The notes under the pieces were generated by a model. The model had not been told where the DNA came from. It saw only the letters and a list, made by a program, of their open reading frames with translations, and ran no database searches. From positions 45,645 through 73,214 of the forward strand of contig JAQGDQ010000983.1 in assembly GCA_030141605.1 (NCBI GenBank): DNA of 27,570 nucleotides. Reading direction: 5' to 3'. The stretch comes from Tubiluchus corallicola (Eukaryota > Animalia > Priapulida). Positions 22,237 to 27,570 of this stretch are shown one piece after another (the stretch's first letter is position 1; every line of letters starts with the position of its first letter). The position numbers and the translations under genes were made by a program.

Positions 22237-24000
22237 ACATTATGCTTTCCAATTGAAGAAGCTCAATTACACGCGAACGTTCCACATCATCTAATCTGTC
22301 TGATCAACTTGAACCTAATGCTTGATTAGTAGAAGCTTTGTGAAAGTTGAATGTTGAAAAGCGCCATTTTACGAGGGAAGCCATTTATAGTATAAATTAT
22401 TTGGTGGGTTGTAATGTGGCGTGTATGAATGAGGGAGAGCGGGTGTTATTTGTCTTCCTCCTTTCGGAGGGGAATGACATGCATTACGATTGCCAGCCTT
22501 CATGGGTACCAGTCATCTTTAGATGGTAGTCATCACTTGTGTAATTGCCTTAAGACTTCGTTTCTGAAATGAAATTCTGATCTGTCAACTTTCACTTTGG
22601 AATAAGCCTTTTCACAGTTCCAGCGATTGATGATGATCACGAAAAGGTCAAAGGTTACATGTACCAGACAACACATCTGTGTACACTTAGCAACGCCTCG
22701 CAACCCATGCTATTGTAATACTAACAGTTTTAACAGCTAGCTAGAACCTTACCTAGTTCATTTTTTCTTGCTCAAAGCAAGATCCTGCTAGTAAACCACT
22801 CTATGCACAGACTAATGCATAATTAAGTAAAGTCAATGTAAAACAACCGAAGTTACTGAACTGGTGCGGTAGACGGCTTTGCTTTACACACATGTCGCGT
22901 GACGGTTGTAGATAAGATGCGTTGCTGTGGTGCATTAACCTTTGGTCTACAGTAACTGCGCGTGCGCACAACGAAATTTGAGAAAAGGCTCATTAACTAG
23001 AACAGAATTGAAAAATGAAAAATTGGCAACTGCAACGCAAGTTCACTTATACGTAGACGCTTTAAATCAGCCTCATTGTTTAGATTCTACTATAAGCTAT
23101 CATGACTAATATTCCTTTGCCGTTACAGTTGCCAGCTAACTATAGGTCTCTTTTGTGGCACATCGCAAATAACTAACAAAAGGACACTTGAATAATTCTT
23201 TGTTATGATTATATATGTAACACGCCAAACGTTGCTTACATTGTTATTAACCGAACATGTCTGTCTAAGACCATGCCTTGCACTGTCTTTTTACCTTTCG
23301 TGACGTCACTGTGACGTCACGTCAATGGCAGGTGATCAGAATATTCACACTGCTAGTCAATGCCCTTTTTAATATTTGCAAAATAATACGATATGAGTTC
23401 AGAAGATTGGATTACAATGCAATTAGAGCTACAACAACTCTTTACCTTAAGACCCGCAAAACAGGAACACACCAGCGAATGCCTTATTAATTAGCGAATT
23501 TATTATTAATAATAGTTTAGAAATATTCAGGCGATAGCTGATTTTACGGCATTTTCTACAGCACTGAAACACTGGGGTTTAATTACTGACAGTATTGAGT
23601 AGATTTTCCAGCAGCATTACTGCTCCTGGAAAAGAATTGAAATGGAAACGTTGAAAATGCGAGTGACGAAGCAAAGCAATTAGCTGCTACAATGAAACAC
23701 AGTTGAACCACATGCAGCTTACGAGGGAGTTGTGATGCATACAAAAGAGGCTAAATTGTATCAACTCTTTTTTTCCTATCTCTTTTGCCTCTTGAGTTAC
23801 AAAGAAAGTTGGACTTGCATTTGCACTGCTTATTTCTTCCCGTTTTCTGTTGCAAACCAGAAAATCGAATGTCTGCACGTATTGAATGCATAATTCCTGC
23901 GAGGATGAGTGAGAAACTTATTAGACTAACTGCTGGTTGTTAGAAGAACTGTGGCCGAGGAAACGGTTGTAAGTGTGAATAAGAATGTGAATGTGAGTAA

Positions 24001-27000
24001 GTGTTCCCGCTTGTTATTAAAACATGAGCATGATTCTAGGCGAAGAGGGAACAAGCTGTTCGTGTTCCCGCTTGTTATTAAAACATGAGCATCATTCCAG
24101 GTGAAGAATGAACAGGCTAGTAGTGTTCCCGCTTGTTATTAAACATGAGCATAATTCCGGGTGAAGAATGAACAAGCTGTTAGTGTTCCCGCTTGTTATT
24201 AAACATGAGCATAATTCCGGGTGAAGAATGAACAAGCTGTTAGTGTTCCCACTTGTTATTAAACATGAGCATAATTCCTGGTGAAGAGTGAACAGGCTGT
24301 TAGTGTTCCCACTTGTTATTAAAACATGAGCATAATTCCGGGTGAAGAGTGAACAGGCTGTTAGTGTTCCCGCTTGTTATTAAACATAAGCATAATTCCT
24401 GGTGAAGAGTGAACAGGCTAGTAGTGTTCCCGCTTGTTATTAAACATGAGCATAATTCCAGGTGAAGAGTGAACAGGCTGTTAGTGTTCCCGCTTGTTAT
24501 TAAACATAAGCATAATTCCTGGTGCAGAGTGAACAGGCTAGTAGTGTTCCCGCTTGTTATTAAACATGAGCATAATTCCTGGTGAAGAGTGAACAGGCTA
24601 GTAGTGTTCCCGCTTGTTATTAAACATGAGCATAATTCCTGGTGAAGAATGAACAGGCTTGTAGTGTTCCCGCTTGTTATTAAACATGAGCATAATTCCT
24701 GGTGAAGAGTGAACAGGCTTGTAGTGTTCCCACTTGTTATTAAACACGAGCATAATTCCTGGTGAAGAGTGAACAGGTTAGTAGTGTTCCCGCTTGTTAT
24801 TAAAACATGAGCATAATTCCTGGTGAAGAGTGAACAGGCTTGTAGTGTTCCCACTTGTTATTAAACATGAGCATGATTCCAGGTGAAGAGTGAACAGGCT
24901 TGTAGTGTTCCCACTTGTTATTAAACATGAGCATGATTCCAGGTGAAGAATGAACAGGCTTGTAGTGTTCCCACTTGTTATTAAACATGAGCATGATTCC
25001 AGGTGAAGAATGAACAGGCTGTTAGTGTTCCCACTTGTTATCAAACATGAGCATGATTCCAGGTGAAGAGTGAACAGGCTGTTAGTGTTCCCACTTGTTA
25101 TTAAACATGAGCATGATTCCAGGTGAAGAATGAACAGGCTGTTAGTGTTCCCACTTGTTATCAAACATGAGCATGATTCCAGGTGAAGAGTGAACAGGCT
25201 GTTAGTGTTCCCACTTGTTATTAAACATGAGCATGATTCCAGGTGAAGAATGAACAGGCTGTTAGTGTTCCCACTTGTTATCAAACATGAGCATCATTCC
25301 AGGTGAAGAATGAACAGGCTAGTAGTGTTCCCGCTTGTTATTAAACATGAGCATAATTCCGGGTGAAGAATGAACAAGCTGTTAGTGTTCCCACTTGTTA
25401 TTAAACATGAGCATAATTCCTGGTGAAGAGTGAACAGGCTAGTAGTGTTCCCGCTTGTTATTAAACATGAGCATAATTCCGGGTGAAGAATGAACAAGCT
25501 GTTAGTGTTCCCACTTGTTATTAAACATGAGCATAATTCCTGGTGAAGAGTGAACAGGCTAGTAGTGTTCCCGCTTGTTATTAAACATGAGCATAATTCC
25601 AGGTGAAGAGTGAACAGGCTGTTAGTGTTCCCACTTGTTATCAAACATGAGCATAATTCCTGGTGAAGAATGAACAGGCTGTTAGTGTTCCCGCTTGTTA
25701 TTAAACATGAGCATAATTCCAGGTGAAGAGTGAACAGGCTGTTAGTGTTCCCACTTGTTATTAAACATGAGCATAATTCCAGGTGAAGAGTGAACAGGCT
25801 GTTAGTGTTCCCGCTTGTTATTAAACATGAGCATAATTCCTGGTGAAGAATGAACAGGCTTGTAGTGTTCCCGCTTGTTATTAAACATGAGCATAATTCC
25901 TGGTGAAGAGTGAACAGGCTTGTAGTGTTCCCGCTTGTTATTAAACACGAGCATAATTCCTGGTGAAGAGTGAACAGGCTAGTAGTGTTCCCGCTTGTTA
26001 TTAAAACATGAGCATAATTCCTGGTGAAGAGTGAACAGGCTTGTAGTGTTCCCACTTGTTATTAAACACGAGCATAATTCCTGGTGAAGAGTGAACAGGC
26101 TTGTAGTGTTCCCACTTGTTATTAAACATGAGCATGATTCCAGGTGAAGAATGAACAGGCTGTTAGTGTTCCCACTTGTTATCAAACATGAGCATGATTC
26201 CAGGTGAAGAGTGAACAGGCTGTTAGTGTTCCCACTTGTTATTAAACATGAGCATGATTCCAGGTGAAGAATGAACAGGCTGTTAGTGTTCCCACTTGTT
26301 ATCAAACATGAGCATGATTCCAGGTGAAGAGTGAACAGGCTGTTAGTGTTCCCACTTGTTATTAAACATGAGCATAATTCCTGGTGAAGAGTGAACAGGC
26401 TAGTAGTGTTCCCCACTTGTTATTAAAACATGAGCATAATTCCAGGTGAAGAATGAACAGGCTGTTAGTGTTCCCACTTGTTATCAAACATGAGCATGAT
26501 TCCAGGTGAAGAGTCAACAGGCTGTTAGTGTTCCCACTTATTAAACATGAGCATAATTCCTGGTGAAGAGTGAACAGGCTAGTAGTGTTCCCACTTGTTA
26601 TTAAACATGAGCATGATTCCAGGTGAAGAATGAACAGGCTGTTAGTGTTCCCACTTGTTATCAAACATGAGCATGATTCCAGGTGAAGAGTCAACAGGCT
26701 GTTAGTGTTCCCACTTATTAAACATGAGCATAATTCCTGGTGAAGAGTGAACAGGCTAGTAGTGTTCCCACTTGTTATTAAACATGAGCATGATTCCAGG
26801 TGAAGAGTGAACAGGCTGTTAGTGTTCCCACTTGTTATTAAACATGAGCATGATTCCAGGTGAAGAATGAACAGGCTTGTAGTGTTCCCACTTGTTATCA
26901 AACATGAGCATGATTCCAGGTGAAGAATGAACAAGCTGTTAGTGTTCCCACTTGTTATTAAACATGAGCATAATTCCTGGTGAAGAATGAACAGGCTGTT

Positions 27001-27570
27001 AGTGTTCCCACTTGTTATTAAACATGAGCATAATTCCTGGTGAAGAGTGAACAGGCTAGTAGTGTTCCCACTTGTTATTAAAACATGAGCATAATTCCAG
27101 GTGAAGAGGGAACAAGCTTGTAGTGTTCCCACTTGTTATTAAACACGAGCATGATTCCAGGTGAAGAATGAACAGGTTAGTAGTGTTCCCGTTTGTTATT
27201 AAAACATGAGCATAATTCCAGGTGAAGAGTGAACAGGCTGTTAGTGTTCCCACTTATTAAACATGAGCATAATTCCTGGTGAAGAGTGAACAGGCTAGTA
27301 GTGTTCCCACTTGTTATTAAACATGAGCATGATTCCAGGTGAAGAATGAACAGGCTGTTAGTGTTCCCACTTGTTATCAAACATGAGCATGATTCCAGGT
27401 GAAGAATGAACAGGCTGTTAGTGTTCCCGCTTGTTATTAAACATGAGCATGATTCCTGGTGAAGAGTGAACAGGCTGTTAGTGTTCCCGCTTGTTATTAA
27501 ACATGAGCATAATTCCAGGTGAAGAATGAACAGGCTGTTAGTGTTCCCACTTGTTATCAAACATGAGCAT
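24001..27570 (-). repeat. 60-bp tandem satellite array, inverted copy, truncated by the window end
   Basis: Reverse complement of 6951-10520. Confidence 0.98.

Larger units (their letters stand above)
18831..27570 (+). repeat. Right arm of ~8.7-kb inverted repeat (runs to the window end)
   Basis: Reverse complement of 6951-15684 with scattered SNPs and small indels. Confidence 0.98.

Noticed and set aside
6951-27570. A single giant foldback/TIR transposon that captured the Kv exon
   Set aside because: The arms consist of the gene's own intron, terminal exon, 3'UTR and satellite. No transposase is present, and the outer ends fall at a gap and the window edge, so no TSD can be assessed.

Overview
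AT-rich, intron- and repeat-rich eukaryotic (invertebrate-like) genomic DNA with a 250-N scaffold gap (6699-6948). The only convincing gene is a partial Shaw/Kv3 voltage-gated K+ channel on the + strand. One large exon (15784-16714) encodes S1-S6, the TVGYGD pore and the proximal C-terminus, and splices in phase to a terminal exon (21972-22129). The N-terminal T1-domain exon(s) are not in the window. The dominant structure is a giant inverted repeat: ~6951-15684 is the reverse complement of 18831-27570 (~8.7-kb arms, highly similar but not identical), enclosing a 3146-bp spacer with the pore-encoding exon and a 72-bp minisatellite. Each arm carries the terminal exon and 3'UTR, a TTAA-flanked Kolobok-like element, a SINE-like head plus microsatellite, a Tc1/mariner-like MITE with a nested RTE-like LINE fragment, and a 60-bp satellite array. 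If real, the channel exon sits in the loop of a huge hairpin or an invertible segment. However, the palindrome spans the post-gap sequence exactly end to end and its divergence pattern looks allelic, so a haplotype mis-join is at least as likely and must be excluded first.
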